Assembly (NCBI GenBank): GCA_012295275.1
Contig: CM022671.1
Span: forward strand, 17,918,001 to 17,982,000
Source: Chrysomallon squamiferum
Lineage: Eukaryota > Animalia > Mollusca
Direction: 5' to 3'
Length of the DNA stretch: 64,000 nucleotides
The position numbers and the translations under genes were made by a program. Below, in pieces: positions 13,811 through 28,034 of this stretch. Under the pieces are notes generated by a model, which was not told the origin of the DNA, did no database searches, and saw nothing but the letters and a program-made list of their open reading frames with translations. The stretch's first letter is position 1. Each line of letters starts with the position of its first letter.

Positions 13811-15724
13811 AACTTCAAAACTTGAAGGCTTAGCCAGTGTGGTGATCATTCTCTGTCCTAATCATAAGACAGATGATGCTGGATTTGATCCCCATAACTA
13901 GCAACTTTAATGCAGGTGGCTTAACTGTGAAACATATGTGGGTCTTTCATCACTCTAATTACCTCTAGGTAGGATATATTACAGGGATATTATAAAGCCA
14001 ACAGCTTATCCTCTGAGCTCTGAGTCCAGTAATTGGTGGATTATCTTGCTTATCTTTTCTAATGGATTTTTTAAATTATTCAGATACAGAGAACAAGAAT
14101 ATTAAAATATTAATGCACTGCAGAGTATAATTTTTTTACTTTTAAAATTAATAACAGTGTTGGTATTTTAAGTAACAAATAACACATGACAAGGATAAAA
14201 TCTGTGAAGAATAAATATGGATGATCTTCTGAAAAATTTAAATTTAAGAATGCTTACATTGTATTTCATAGATATTTTCCAAAAGTAAATTGGCAGTAAT
14301 TGTAAAAATGTAAATACAATATATACATCTTAACAATTTTTCATAATGCTGATTAATTTCAATATGCAAATATTGATCCTTTCTCTCTCTTAGATTGTAA
14401 AAATTTTAAAATGTAACTGAAAGATAAAAAAAAGAGTGAAAATAATCTGTTTTACAGTAATTGAAAATACCAAGCACTGTGTGATAATAAAATCTGTACT
14501 AAACACACCTATATAAAAAAAAAAAAAAATATTTTTTTTTTTTTTAATTGTAATTGAAAACATGACATTTTTAGACCATAAAATTTGATGTAATACACAT
14601 TGGATCTTTTTTTTTTCCTTTCTTTTTTCAGTTATCTGTTAAAAAAAAATTATTTTATGCCAACTACACTTCAATAAAAAAAAATAGCAAAATTTTTGTG
14701 AAAATAAGTAACACAACCAAAATTAGAAAATAACAAACAATTACTTGAAAATAACTTCAACAAAATTTTTTAATTTTTTGGAAAGAATAACACAACTAAA
14801 ACTGAAACAATTGTCAAAAAAAACAAAAACCCATGACATACAAACCTCTATCACATACTCCCTGACTGATTACACCACAATAACTACAAGTCTCGTTACA
14901 ATTTTAACCTGTTTTAGTCTGTTGTGATTCATTGGACAGACATACAGACAGACAGCAGACAAAAGGACATGAATACAGAACACAACATTAACTTGTCTCG
15001 TGTCAGTTTATTATCCAGACAGATATATCAGTGCAGCATGCACACTACACCTAACCTTTAGGAATTGAAACTATTACTAGTTTTCAATTGCAATAGATAA
15101 AAATCTCTTCAACTACAAATGACTTCAGTTTTCTTTCATTTCTTCTTATTATTATTTTTTATTTTTTTTAAAGAATTTTCTTTTCAGATTTGAGAAAACA
15201 GTTAGACATCATAAATAATAACAATGATAATGACGATGATTGTTATTATTGTTTCTGTTATTGCTATTATTCAAATATTACTACTACTACCACCACTACT
15301 ATTACTACTGCTACTAAAACCACCATTACAACTATTATTACTACTACTATTAAAATAATTATTATTATCATGATTATTATTACAACTTTACCTTACACTT
15401 TAGAAGTATTAAATATCAAATCTATATATATATATATATATATTTTTTTTTTTTTATTGAATAAAAAATTCTAAATGTCAGATTTTTTTTTTTTTATATA
15501 TATTAATTTTTAAAGATCAGTGTCTAGACTTTAATTATATTTTATTCTTTGAGTGCATCATCAGTTCTGTTTCCCTAGAGTCATGTCAGATGTATTTAGT
15601 TCACGTGGGTTTACAGATAAATGGGTATTAAGGAAGCCATATGTAAACTATTACAAAAGGTCACTGCAGTAACAGTGTCATATATATTGAGTCTGTGTGA
15701 CTGTTGTTAAGTTGCAGTATTGTC

Positions 15725-15780
<56 letters not shown>

Positions 15781-15959
15781 CTTTGTCCCTGTGTATTTAT
15801 GTACATGTTTAAATATGTATTTATGTATATTAACTTGTTTCTTATTATTAATTTTTCAAATTATTTTGAAAATCACAATCTCCTCTCACCATCATCCAAA
15901 TTTCTTTATTTTATTTTATATTATTTTTATTTTTATTTTATTTTATTATTATTAACCAC

Positions 15960-16260
15960 CCTGCTCTGAGTGATAAAACAATAAACAGTGAGTGACAAAA
16001 ACGTCACAGAATTTGTTGGTTTCTTACGGCACAAGTCCAGAACTGTCCATTCGGAGAATACAGCTCTGATTTGATGAATGACAGATCTGATATAAATCAA
16101 TAGAACTCTGAAGGCAATCAGTAGCTCGATGCAGTAATCTGATGGACAGTCCATCAGAGAGGCATACAGGCTCCGAAATTGGCATCGTTCGTAATATAAT
16201 GTGTAAACTTTTGATAAAATGGAGGATAAGAACATCATATAAATATGTAATTAATGAAAG
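15960..16260. promoter_or_regulatory. Putative enhancer with Pbx-Hox/Meis-like sites and a palindrome
   Basis: TGATGAAT (16072), TGACAG (16079), ATAAATCA (16092) and palindrome TCTGATGGAC-A-GTCCATCAGA (16138-16158); several CpGs. Confidence 0.4.
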
Positions 16261-16422
16261 TCAGTAAATGTAATGTAGTTCTGAGATTGTGGTTGACTGA
16301 GTCAGGACAAACTGAAGAAGAGAATGTATTTGGTGCCATGAAGAGAAATAGAATTCTGGACTTTTATTATCTTGTAAAATTATTATTATTATTTTTGTTG
16401 TAATTGTTATTATTATTATTTC

Positions 16423-16476
<54 letters not shown>

Positions 16477-16590
16477 TAATGGGATTCTACATTTAAAAAA
16501 TATGTATGTGAATGGTTTTGATGCAGTTATTCAATGATTTATATATTTATTATTGTTTTTAAAAACTTTTTTCTGTTTCCATGGTAAATT

Positions 16591-16637
<47 letters not shown>

Positions 16638-18792
16638 TTATTATTACTGATGATTTATACTGTTTTTGCCATGAGGTCTCTTAAAAAATTTAATAATAGA
16701 TTTCCATAATTTTAATTATGAATAACAAATACATTAAGTTTTTATTATTATTATTTATATTTTTTTTAACTCGACAAAAAAATAAAAATAAATATAAATA
16801 ATAAAGTTAAAAACAAAAATTAATAATAAAATATATTTTTTTAAACTTTTAACATCATGTTCTTCTATCATAACCAAAAATTATGTTCCAATTTTTATTA
16901 ACTACTTATCTTCCTGTTCTTTTTTTTATTTTCATTTTATTTTATTATTATTGTTAATCTTTAAAATTACTTTCAAAATTATATTTTCACCTATCACCAC
17001 CACAACATTTTATTATATTTTATTATATATATATATTTTTTTAGTTCTATAGTTGTTTGGAATGATGACCATCCAAAAGACATTAATAAAATCTTCCATC
17101 AAGTGAAAGTATTAATACGAATCATACAAACATAAATCTTGTATATTACTAAATAAGTATCACAGATAGGTTTGAATGTTTGGCTAACAAGCTATATATC
17201 ATTTTACTAGATGATATCAACTGGGTTATACGTGCAGTTTTTCAATGTGATGGAAATTGATTTTGTGTTAATCACTATAAATTGTGAAGATTTAAAAAAA
17301 GAAAGAAAACAGCTTATTAATTTATATGCATGTAAGTAAATAAAAATACGCATTTATATCAAGTTTATATAAATTTATTAATCAGTTCTTAAAATGATTT
17401 ATAAACAACAAACTGTGTTTGTGTTAATCAGAGAAAATGTTAAATATAAGTTATTACTGAACAGCAAATAAATATATATATAAATGTACAATATTATTTA
17501 TGATTTATGTAACAAAACTCACTTTTTATATTAGTACGTTAATGAATAGAAATTTATATGATCAAGAATCTACGCAACATATAAATAAATGTGAATATTT
17601 CAAATTTTATTGATATAATTAGATATTTATTTGTTGTTTTATTTGCTTTTTTATCATATGGTTATAGAAATAAATAAAATTTAAAAAAAATACAAGAACA
17701 GAGTGGACTTATTAAAAGTAACTTTCAGAGATTAATTAGAAATATTATTTGCCTGTTAGCAATCAAAATAACACACACACATATACACACACATACTTCA
17801 CACACTCACATACACACACACAGACACACACACACACACACACAGAGAGAGTTAAACACATGTACACTCTTTCACACACAAACAGACACCCAGACACTCT
17901 TTCTATTTTGGAAAGTTAACATTTTCCGAGATAGTATAAATTACAGATTTTCCAAGAAATGTCTGGAGAAGTCTTCTACCTTGTCATTTACTGTGTAATT
18001 GGTTGCTCCAGTTAAAACATCTCTTAGTCCTTAATTTGAGACTTCATAAAGTGTCTAACCAGACATCTTATTTTAGTAACTCTGGGCACTGAGGTTTATA
18101 ATATAAGCAGAAGCATCCTTATACCAAATCTGGACAAACAATTATATATGAAACTGTTTTAAATAGTAGCAGTGGTGGTTGTGGTGGTGATGGTGACAGT
18201 GACAGCAGTAACAGTGGTAGCAGCAATATCAGCACTGCCTATAATAATTCAATTAGATTAAACAAAATAAAACCTTTTCATCTTATTATTACATTTTTAT
18301 TTAAATAAAATTCATTTTCCTAGCATCCAAAGACAATTTAGAATAGAAAATGTTCTATTTGCATCTGATCACTATTATTAGCTGTCACAAAAATAATCAT
18401 TAATGCTTCAGAATATAACCCATCCACTGTCATTATTACTATAAAGAAAATGTTTCCATTTCTTTTTCCTTTTTTTTTTCTTCTGTTACATCAGTAATAT
18501 GAGGCTAGTAAAATAAAGCACAAATATAAAAACTATTATTTAATATTGGTACATTTATATATACAAGATGATGTCAGCTTGATGTAGTAAATGTCTTCAC
18601 AAGGCACTAAAACATTTTCAAGCAGGTAATAGCATATAAATAATTCCTTTTACAGACACTTTAACATTTCAGAAATAACTTGATAAACTGGATTAAAACA
18701 AATATGTAGGATTACTAACACTATTAAAAAGTAATAAAAATAAGCCTGTATTAAAGATTTTTTTTCTTTGACATTATTTAATCAAACTTAAA

Positions 18793-18847
<55 letters not shown>

Positions 18848-18949
18848 ATGGATAGATAGATAAATTGACAGACACACAGAAAAAGACCAGAAAGAAAAGA
18901 TGTGACAAATTATGGTCATGCTGCAAGAGACAGATATTCAGAGAACAGA

Positions 18950-19360
18950 GATATATTTAAAATATATATCTTTCTCTGATATACAGCATTCTACAAAATA
19001 CAGAAAGAAGTCACAATCTAAAACATCTTTCTGTTGAGCTATGACGTAAAACTGTTTCTATCTTCTGAGATTTAAAATTCAGAAGACTTTATACAAAAAC
19101 ACCTTTCTGCTGACCTGTGGCAAAGAGCATTCTACAAAACACAGAAAGAAGAGATGTACACAAATATATTTCAACTGAACCATCACCCAAAACTGCCTGT
19201 GATAAAAAACCTATCTTTTTCTACTGACCTATGACAAAAGAGCATTCTACAGGAAGAGATATATTAAAGCATCTTTCTACTGACCTATGACAGAGAGCAT
19301 TCTACAAGAAGAGATATATTAAAGCATCTTTCTGTTGAGCTATGATGTAAAACTGTCTAA
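18950..19360. repeat. Degenerate tandem array (about 55-120-bp units)
   Basis: Repeated agcattctaca…gaagagatatattaaagcatctttct(g/a)(t/c)tga(g/c)ctatga. Confidence 0.85.
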
Positions 19361-21559
19361 TTCAGCTAAGCTGTGTTACACAGCTGTCTCTACAGCTCAC
19401 TGCATACAACAGACACACAACATGACAGGCTGCTCACACCACTCACGGTAATAAACTCGGCAGAAGACATCAATCAGTGTAACTCACTATAAACACTGAC
19501 ACAGTTCAAACTCAAACTGATCTCCTGTAACTGACTCACTTGTGTGTAAAATTATTTCATCTGCAAAACAAGCCAATATTTGTTTTTATCATTGTGGTTC
19601 ATTTACAGTCTTCAGACATTGAAGAGGTTTTTTTTTTTTTTTTTTTTAGGAAGTCAATAAAATGTTGCAATTGGTGCTGTTTTGTTATATATGCAGTGTA
19701 TGAACTGATATCACAAAAATTATCATAATCATCTCTTCAGGTTTCTTATTTTATTGTTTTACTTTATTACTAGCAAAGGTTTAACTGAAGTGTGTGAATG
19801 TGTGCAGTGTTTTGTGTGTGTGTGTGCTTGCATGTGTCTGCTTGCAGAAGTGCTGGTATTTAGGTGGTATCCATGTAACTACCAGAGTTCATTCCTATAG
19901 CTTAACCACAGTATTGCAGAAACAGTATTTAACAGTTTTTACAAGCTGTCAGTTTGGGTGTAGAGTTATTTGATGAGTTTTGAGTGCACTACAGGTAAGG
20001 ATCTTGGTTAATGGAAATAAAAGAAACAATTTGATATTCATGTTACACTTTTTAGAATGGTAAAATGAATGAACGAGGTAAATGAGAATATGAGGGATTC
20101 ATAGTAAGTAGTGTGGAATGAATAAAAGAATGGGTGGAATGGAAGAATGAATGAATGGATAAAGGAGATATAAGTGGGTATAATATGTGAGTAATGGATG
20201 ACAATAAATAAATGGGTGGATGGATGGATGAATGAACAAATGAATGGGTAAGCAAGAATATAAGAGAATGTATGTGCATTTACAAAGAGTAGGTGTGAAT
20301 GTATAAAGGATGAACTACAAGCAAATGGCAGATTTAGAAACAGTTTCAGTTATATTGGTGTTGGAGTGAATCAGCAGGGAGACAATGTATTTGATCATTT
20401 AATGAATAATTAAACTGTATGAAATAACATAACAAAGCATGTAATCATTACAAAAATATAAAATGAAAAATATTAATAATAATTCTTTAACAATAAATAA
20501 TTAATTATTAACATTAGCAAAAAATATATATTTATTGTCAGTTAGGTTATACTAATATATAAAATAATGAAAATTTCTTACTTTGAAAAATACTGTTCAA
20601 AACAATATAGTGTACAAGGTGGCACTAAATAAATACAATATAGATCATGCAGTCGAATATATTTTTATAAAACAAATATTTAATTTCAATTTTGAACAAA
20701 TTGTATTGATATTCTGCACTTTTTACTCTCTTGCACAGATTATTATTTTTTTTATTCTGAGACACTGTCTGCCCTGAAAGATAATACTTTTTAATTACTT
20801 TTTTTTTTTTTTTTTTTTTTTTAATATAAATGGGATCTTATTTTCCCTATTGCTTCATGATGGCTAGATTCCAAAGCATTTTGATCTACAGCCTTGGTAA
20901 CTTTCCTTTAAAAAAATGAATTAGTAGACAAATTGAAATTGTATTACCAAAAAAAAAAAAAAATCTATTAGCTATTAAGATGCATAGCTATGATAAGAGT
21001 TAGATATAACATTCTGTTTTTGAAAACTACTTTTTAGGTTTAGAAAAGTGATTCAGAAACAATAAGTAAACTGAACAGAATTAGTGGAATTTTTTTAAAT
21101 GATGTGAATCCAGGTTATTAATTCTTCAAAGATAATTAATATAAATAAAATAAAATAAATAAAATACCACTAAAGTCAGGTGAGGAATGACTTAAAAGGG
21201 AGGAAAAAACAGAAATTGCAAGGTTACAGTTTTGAAAAAGAAAATAATGGGAAAATATAGGGAAAAAAAAATTTAAAATGAAATAAATGGTTAAACAGAA
21301 TTAAAATCCCTTTTGAAATATTTTATGTGCTTTCTGTGATAATATAATATCTCTGAAAAGAAAGATCTTAAATATTTTTGCTTAAACTGATATTTAAATT
21401 TTACCTTTCAAAGGATTATGTTATATTTTTTTGAAAATTCAACAATTTATTTAAAAATGAGAAGGAAAGAAGATGTATTTTAATTAACAAATTTTTATTA
21501 AATTATGGACGAGGTAAAGGATATAAACACAATTAAAACAGAAAGAGAAGAAAGCAAAA

Positions 21560-21770
21560 CTAAAATGAAATAAAACAAAATAAATAAATAAAATAAAATA
21601 AAATAAAATAAAATAAAATAAAATAAAATAAAATAAAATAAAAAAATAAAATAAAATTAAATTAAATTAAATAAAATAAAATTAAATTAAATTAAAATAA
21701 AATAAAATAAAATTAAATTAAATTAAACAAAATACAATAAAATAAAATAAAATGAAATAAAATAAATTTA
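21560..21770. repeat. (AAAAT)n/(AAATT)n pentanucleotide microsatellite
   Basis: About 200 bp of almost pure A/T pentamers. Confidence 0.95.
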
Positions 21771-21829
21771 AAAAAAGGAGTGAAAAATAAAGACTAAAAA
21801 TATAATAGTTTTTTTACTAACTACCAAAC

Positions 21830-22295
21830 ATTTTCTCTTTCCCATATTTAATATGACAGGTTGTCATTTTATCTTACAGGTATCAACATTAAAGATTATT
21901 TCTGCTGACAAATAATTTTCACATCATATTTGTTACTAACAAAACAAACACTTCTCCTGATTAAGTTGATTTTAATTAATAAAAATTAATGATTTTCTCC
22001 ATCCCAATCTAGCAATCTTCTTAGTACCTGCATTGCATATACCTTTCATTTTACCTTACAGGTGTCAGTTAAAAATTATTTCTTCTGATAAATATTTCAT
22101 ATCATTATTTTTGGACTAAAAAAACAAACATTTCTTCTCATTAATTAACAAATCAACAAATTTTCTCCATCCTGTATTTAACAATCTGCTTAGTACCTGC
22201 TTTGCAAAATACCTGTCATTTCACCTTACTGATGTCTATTAAAGATGATTTCTTCTGACAAATAATTTTCACATCATTTTTGTTACCACTCATTA
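21830..22295. repeat. About 175-bp tandem triplication
   Basis: Three copies of tcatttt/caccttac…ttaaa(g/a)at(t/g)atttct(g/t)ctga(c/t)aaata…ttttca(c/t)atcat. Confidence 0.85.
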
Positions 22296-23249
22296 AGCTG
22301 ATTAAGCTCTGGCAAACAAATACAGAGGTCTAATACAGCTATTTTTCCACACACTAATCTGCTAAGTAAAGATATTGCATTATTGGAAAGCTGATCTTGT
22401 TTGTAAGAAGAAAGTAGATTCAAAAGCAAAGCCCCCGACTGATTTAATATTATCTTCATTATGACCTGGTTCGTCCAGTTACAGACAGACAGATTGTAAT
22501 AATAATAATAAAATCAGTGATGATGACAATGAGGATGATGATATTAAATGAATAATAACAATTAAACATTAAAGTAAAAAACAGATAATAATAATACAGA
22601 TGAACAACCTATTAAATATTTCTTTAATTTAATTTAATTAGTGTGTTAAATGTCAAGTTTTAAAGGTTTTTTTTTTTTTTTTTAAATGTTTGGCAAATAA
22701 ATCCTAAAAATTATCTGACCCAAGATTTCAGATAAGTAATAGCTGACCTGAATATTGGTAATTATTGTAATAATAATAATGGCCGGTGACAATAATAATG
22801 ATGATGATGATGATGATGATGACAGAAATGATGCCAACATATATGCAAATGTGGGGAGATGAGTGTGTATATTTAATTTATATAAAATGTATGTGTATAA
22901 AATATATACACGCACATATATTATACTGATTGGATAGAATGATTATATCCTCAAAAATCTTATCTCAACATCCTATCTTTCATAATTCACATCACTGCCA
23001 GAAACACAAGAGATGTTGTCTTTTCCTAAATTAAAATATATATTTTTCATAGAAACATGATTAAGTTCTATGTTACTGAAGGGCAGTGTGCTGAAAGAAT
23101 CTCTAATAAAGCAAGTCTTATCATTACTGGCGTATAAATAGTAAAATCATCTGTCCTAACCTTAATAACAGACAAAACAAAGTCAGACATGAATGTATTT
23201 GTTTTCACAGGAAAACTTGCAATGACTAATTGAATAACTACCTCACGAG

Positions 23250-23670
23250 TTTAGCCATGAAACTATACTATACAGCAATACATTACAGCAACACCATAGA
23301 GCTATACCATAAAGCTACACCACAAAACTATACCATATAACTAGCTTCAACATGAAGCTATACCACAAAGCTGTATCATTCAGTTATTTCATACAGCTGT
23401 ACCATAAATGCATAAGGCTATATCACCATATCACCAAGTTACACCATATAACCACATGATAAGGCTATACCATAAGGCAAAACAGAGCTAATTTAAAGCC
23501 ATACTATACACTTACAACAATGAACCTATAAAAATACCATACAACCATAATCATATACATATAGCTAAACCATATAACTATGCCATAACACTATACCATG
23601 ACGTTAATCCATACAGCTATACCACCATACAGCTGCAGCATAAAAATAAACCATACACCATATCATTCAG
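23250..23670. repeat. Highly degenerate short-period (ctataccata-like) repeat
   Basis: Many accata/gctatacca motifs with strong C/A strand skew. Confidence 0.75.
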
Positions 23671-24261
23671 CCACAGCCTGCTGAGCTAGCAATGATAAAT
23701 TCACAGCTCACCACTGACAAAGTCTTTTGAGGACCTTCCATCACAGGTAACGATGTCAAGTGATCTCCCTAATGTTGTTTTTGTGTCGATGTAATCTCCT
23801 GATTTATTACATATAAACCATCCAAACCTCACATAAAACACACTTTATTATAATTACCTGTCAGACCAGAGTTTGCCTCTAGGACAACATGACACAAACT
23901 TTAACACACCATTCAGTTCACAGACACCAAGATTTTCAGGGGCACGAGGTTACTGAATTCATTATGTTTTACAAAGAAAAGAAAAGAAAATTAAAGGGTT
24001 TCAGAGTTCACGTAATTTTTTTTGTACCCTGTTTGTCTTAATGCCCAAACACTGACAAATGTAACTTTGAACCCATTAATGATAGACATCATTATACATT
24101 TTTCTTATACTTAAAAAAACAAATTGGATTTATGCACCTAATGATTTTTTTTTTTAATAACATCAATTATTCAGTACATAAAACCATATCAGATCTTTTA
24201 ACAATACCTAAATACATTGTAATATAAACAGTGGATTTCAAACATACAAATTTTAAATAAA

Positions 24262-24330
24262 GATGATGAGAGAAGAAACCCACTGTCAGTTAGCAATACG
24301 GCATCTTTTGTATGCACAATCCCACAGACT
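24262..24330 (-). mobile_element. Short inverted SINE-like fragment
   Basis: gagagaagaaacccactgtcagttagcaatacggcatcttttgtatgcacaatcccacagac is a reverse-orientation match to the family core. A weaker similar piece lies at about 11980-12060. Confidence 0.45.
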
Positions 24331-25659
24331 GTTTTTAATATGAGCATTTGCAATGAAAAATAAACACAATAATTTAACTGACAACAATTTGAACAATAAG
24401 TTATTTGGAAGAAATACACCTTGTCTCCAATGAAATTTCTGGAGAATGCTCCTTATTAACTGTGCTATATAATATCTAGCAGAAATTGAAAATATCACCT
24501 ACTAAATTTCAGGAAAGTGTTCTATGCTTCTTAACTGACTGGTAAAAAAAAAAAAAAAACTTATGAAAAAGGTTCAAGTAGATTTTCCATGCTTAACCCC
24601 TTTGGAGAAATGTTCAGTTGAGTGTCCAAATTAAAGTTCTCCAACATAAACTAAAACCCCATTACGTTTCAGGTGAGTTTTCTAATGCAACAGGCATCCC
24701 AAAAGAATTGAATTTTTCTTGGAAAAGCCTTTGATGTTGAGCAGTCATTATGACTTGATGCTACGTTTTCCCCATTATCCCCTACAGTCCAATACAACAC
24801 TACATATAACAGACATAAACTGGAAGAAAAGCCATTTTCTCTCATAGTTTATGATCACAATTAGTGTTGAATATTTCTGGAAAGAAATTAACTAACGTAA
24901 TTAACAACACCTTTCAGCAGGAGCTGATATAGATCTGGTTTTCAAGCCTGCTGGTACCTACACAGTCTGTCGCTGCATGAATGTGCATTAATGTCAGTGG
25001 CAGCTCCTGAATGGAACTCGCTTAATTAATTCACCTTTCACAATATCAGCTGGACATAGCTGTGGCCTTGACTTGAACAAAGTATGTCGTTAAGCTTTGA
25101 TGGAAAAACATGCAGAGCAGAACTACAAAAACAAAATTTAACAAAAAAATAAAAAAAAGATTGAACACTGACAAAAAAATAAAAATAATAATAATAAGAA
25201 GAAGAAATAAAAATAAAAAAAACCCTGAAAATCTCAACAACAGAATACTCTCAGTACAAAAAGCAGAAGTTCATATTCTAGTTATGTGAGATAATTTTTC
25301 CAGAATATAAGAACTCCTTAATATACATATAAAAGAATGAATGCTTAGCAATGTTACATGCTTGCCAGTTCTCAAAAATGTATTTATTAAAGTCAACATA
25401 ACCCTCATATTTTTGTGACAAAATTAATATCATCATGATAATCATCATCTTTGGCAGTTATGGAACTGAAGAAGTTACTCCAACCTGATGTGTTCCTTAC
25501 TAGTTTCTTAAAGCGTCCTATAGCAAAACTAACAATGTTTTAATGTAAATATATTTCAAGGTTTATACATTAGGACAGAAGATCAATCCTGCTTCAGAAC
25601 TGATTTGTCAAAAGTCATGGAATGAAGGTTTTGTTTGGGAGGTTTTGTTGGTTTTTTGT

Positions 25660-25830
25660 CACTATGGGAAAATGGGCATATAATTTAGAAAGAACCCTTG
25701 CTGTTAAATAACAGTAAAGTGCTGCATAGTGACAGCAGATTTCTTTTCTTGTTATCTGAATGATCTTTTACTGTCTGCATGACACCATTAGTACAGACTG
25801 AATACTGATAATTAAACATGTCTTCCTTTT
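25660..25830 (+). mobile_element. Decayed SINE-like copy (3' half)
   Basis: atgggaaaatgggcata…gaacccttgctgtt…gacagcagatttcttttcttgttatctgaatgatc parallels 40460-40560 and 63650-63820. Confidence 0.5.
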
Positions 25831-27485
25831 TCCTTTTATCCCTTCACCATTTCAGGTAAAAATCATTCTTCAGGTAAAAGCAAAGTCTTCCTAAAATAAT
25901 TTATCAAATTATAATGGAATTTTTCCGAGGAAGCCATCAGATACATTGTTATTCTGCTTGAAACTCTGCCATGAGACCCCCACAGACACTGATATATGTG
26001 AGGTCCTACCACCTGTTAAAGTAATATACTGTTTTCTCTACAAATAATCCTTTGTTGTTTTAATTCATTTCTTTTTTTTTTCTTCTTTTCTCTCCCATCT
26101 TATCTCCTTTTTTTTCTTTTTTTTTTCAATTTATATTTCGTTTTTTTTAGTTGTTTTTTTTTCTGGGGGTTTTTCTTGATACAAAATTTAAATAAGAGAC
26201 TGAAAGAAAAACAAATTTTTAAAATGATGATATATTCTTCCAAGCTGGTTTTGAAAAACATTTTATTTTCAGTCTGGTCAATTGTACTTTGCAACAAACT
26301 GTTATTAATTTAATTTCCTGTAATACAATTTTTTTTAGATATTTTAAATTGAAATAACCTTTACTATAATAATAATAATAATAATAATAACAATAAAATT
26401 ATTATTACATTTTAATTATTGTTCTCCAAGCTGATAAAAATCAATTTAAATAACCTTTTCATTATCATCATTCTTCAACCAGAAAACAATTTTAGTTTCT
26501 TTAAATTACTTTTTTCTTCAATCTTAATCACAAATTTCTTCCATCTTTTGTCATTTTCTTCCAATACTGTGACTGAAATGAAGACATTTCTTTTTCTTTT
26601 TAATAATATTTCCATTTTTCTTGCATATAAAATTCAATGAATTTTTTTACTTACACAGTTCCATCATAAAAATAATTGAAAGAACATTTTTTTCCCCTCA
26701 ATTTATTATTTTAATTTTTCATGCTCAAAATTTCTTCTGCTATTTTCTTTGACTACCTTGTTTTTTTTTTATTTCTTCTCATGTCATGTTTTTGCTTTTT
26801 GTTCTTGATAACTGTACAAGAAATGACACACTATTATCATTAGTTTCAGTTTTACATCCAAAGTCATTTAATTATATATATATATATCTATATATTTACT
26901 AAATAGTTAATAATAGATAATTTAGTTTTTGTTTTATTAAAATGATTATTTTCTATTTACACTTATGATTGCTTTAAACTGCTTTAACAGACAAAAATAC
27001 ACACAGACTTAACTCCATACACAAATATGTAAGCACATAATCCCATACCTGTACAGGCATGTAATCAAATACATACACATGCATATACAAATGTAAATGG
27101 CTAACAGAGTAACAGAATTTAGTTAATACCTAACAGCATGCAATATGTCCTTCAAACTAGAAATTATCTCATTTACATGAAAATAAATCAAGTTTTATTC
27201 AAGAGTTGTATGTTTTACTCCATTTTGTTATAAAACTGATGTGGAGTTCTCACAGACAACAGAGCTTTATATATTTTTCATGCAGGAAATTGCATTATTA
27301 GAGTATGTAATCTTGTTTGCATTTGGAATTAACAGTCTCAAGTTTGAAATTGTAAAAGATAAGATTATCTGTTCCTTCTAGTCATGTCTTATTTAATAGT
27401 AATTTTGTGTAACTGTGGAATGTTCAGTGTATTAATGCATTATTATTAAGAACTGTTTTTTAACCCTCCCCCAAATGTATCCCCC

Positions 27486-27530
<45 letters not shown>

Positions 27531-27999
27531 AGACAGACACAAAAACACATACATATTAGTTAATTTAAAAAAAAAAAAAAGATTCACTGTAAATGATTAA
27601 AAGGCAACAGGAAGGAAAAAGTCAATTAGTTTGTATTTAGGATCCATAACAGAAATGTTTTTATCAATAATAAAAATATACAAACAATTTTAAAGAAAAC
27701 ATTACAAAATATCAGTGTATAACGTTGTTTCTGTCATGTAATAAAAAACGATAGCAAAGCATCACTTAAAATAGTTCATTATTTATTCCACAAAATCCTT
27801 TGAAATAAATAAATAAATTTTAAGAGATACAAATTGGTTTTCTCTTTCACAAGCTTTAGAATTTTATTTGAAACAAAAAAAAAAAAAATAATAACAACAA
27901 AGTCAAAAAATCAAATATTACATCTTTTTACAATCAATTACAGTCAATGCACACACTATGAAAATTAAGCACCGAAATCTAAACAAAAACAACAATCAC

Positions 28000-28034
<35 letters not shown>

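Noticed and set aside
13826-13900. Possible tRNA gene (tagccagtgtggt … ggatttgatccc)
   Set aside because: A/B-box-like words only, with no cloverleaf I could build; at most a decayed SINE head.
24660-25880. Recursive-splice-like CAG|GT motifs (tttcag|gtgagt at about 24667; tttcag|gtaaaa at about 25850)
   Set aside because: They are on the plus strand, opposite to RXYLT1. I saw no equivalent pyrimidine-tract AG|GT site on the minus strand and no evidence for a plus-strand gene.
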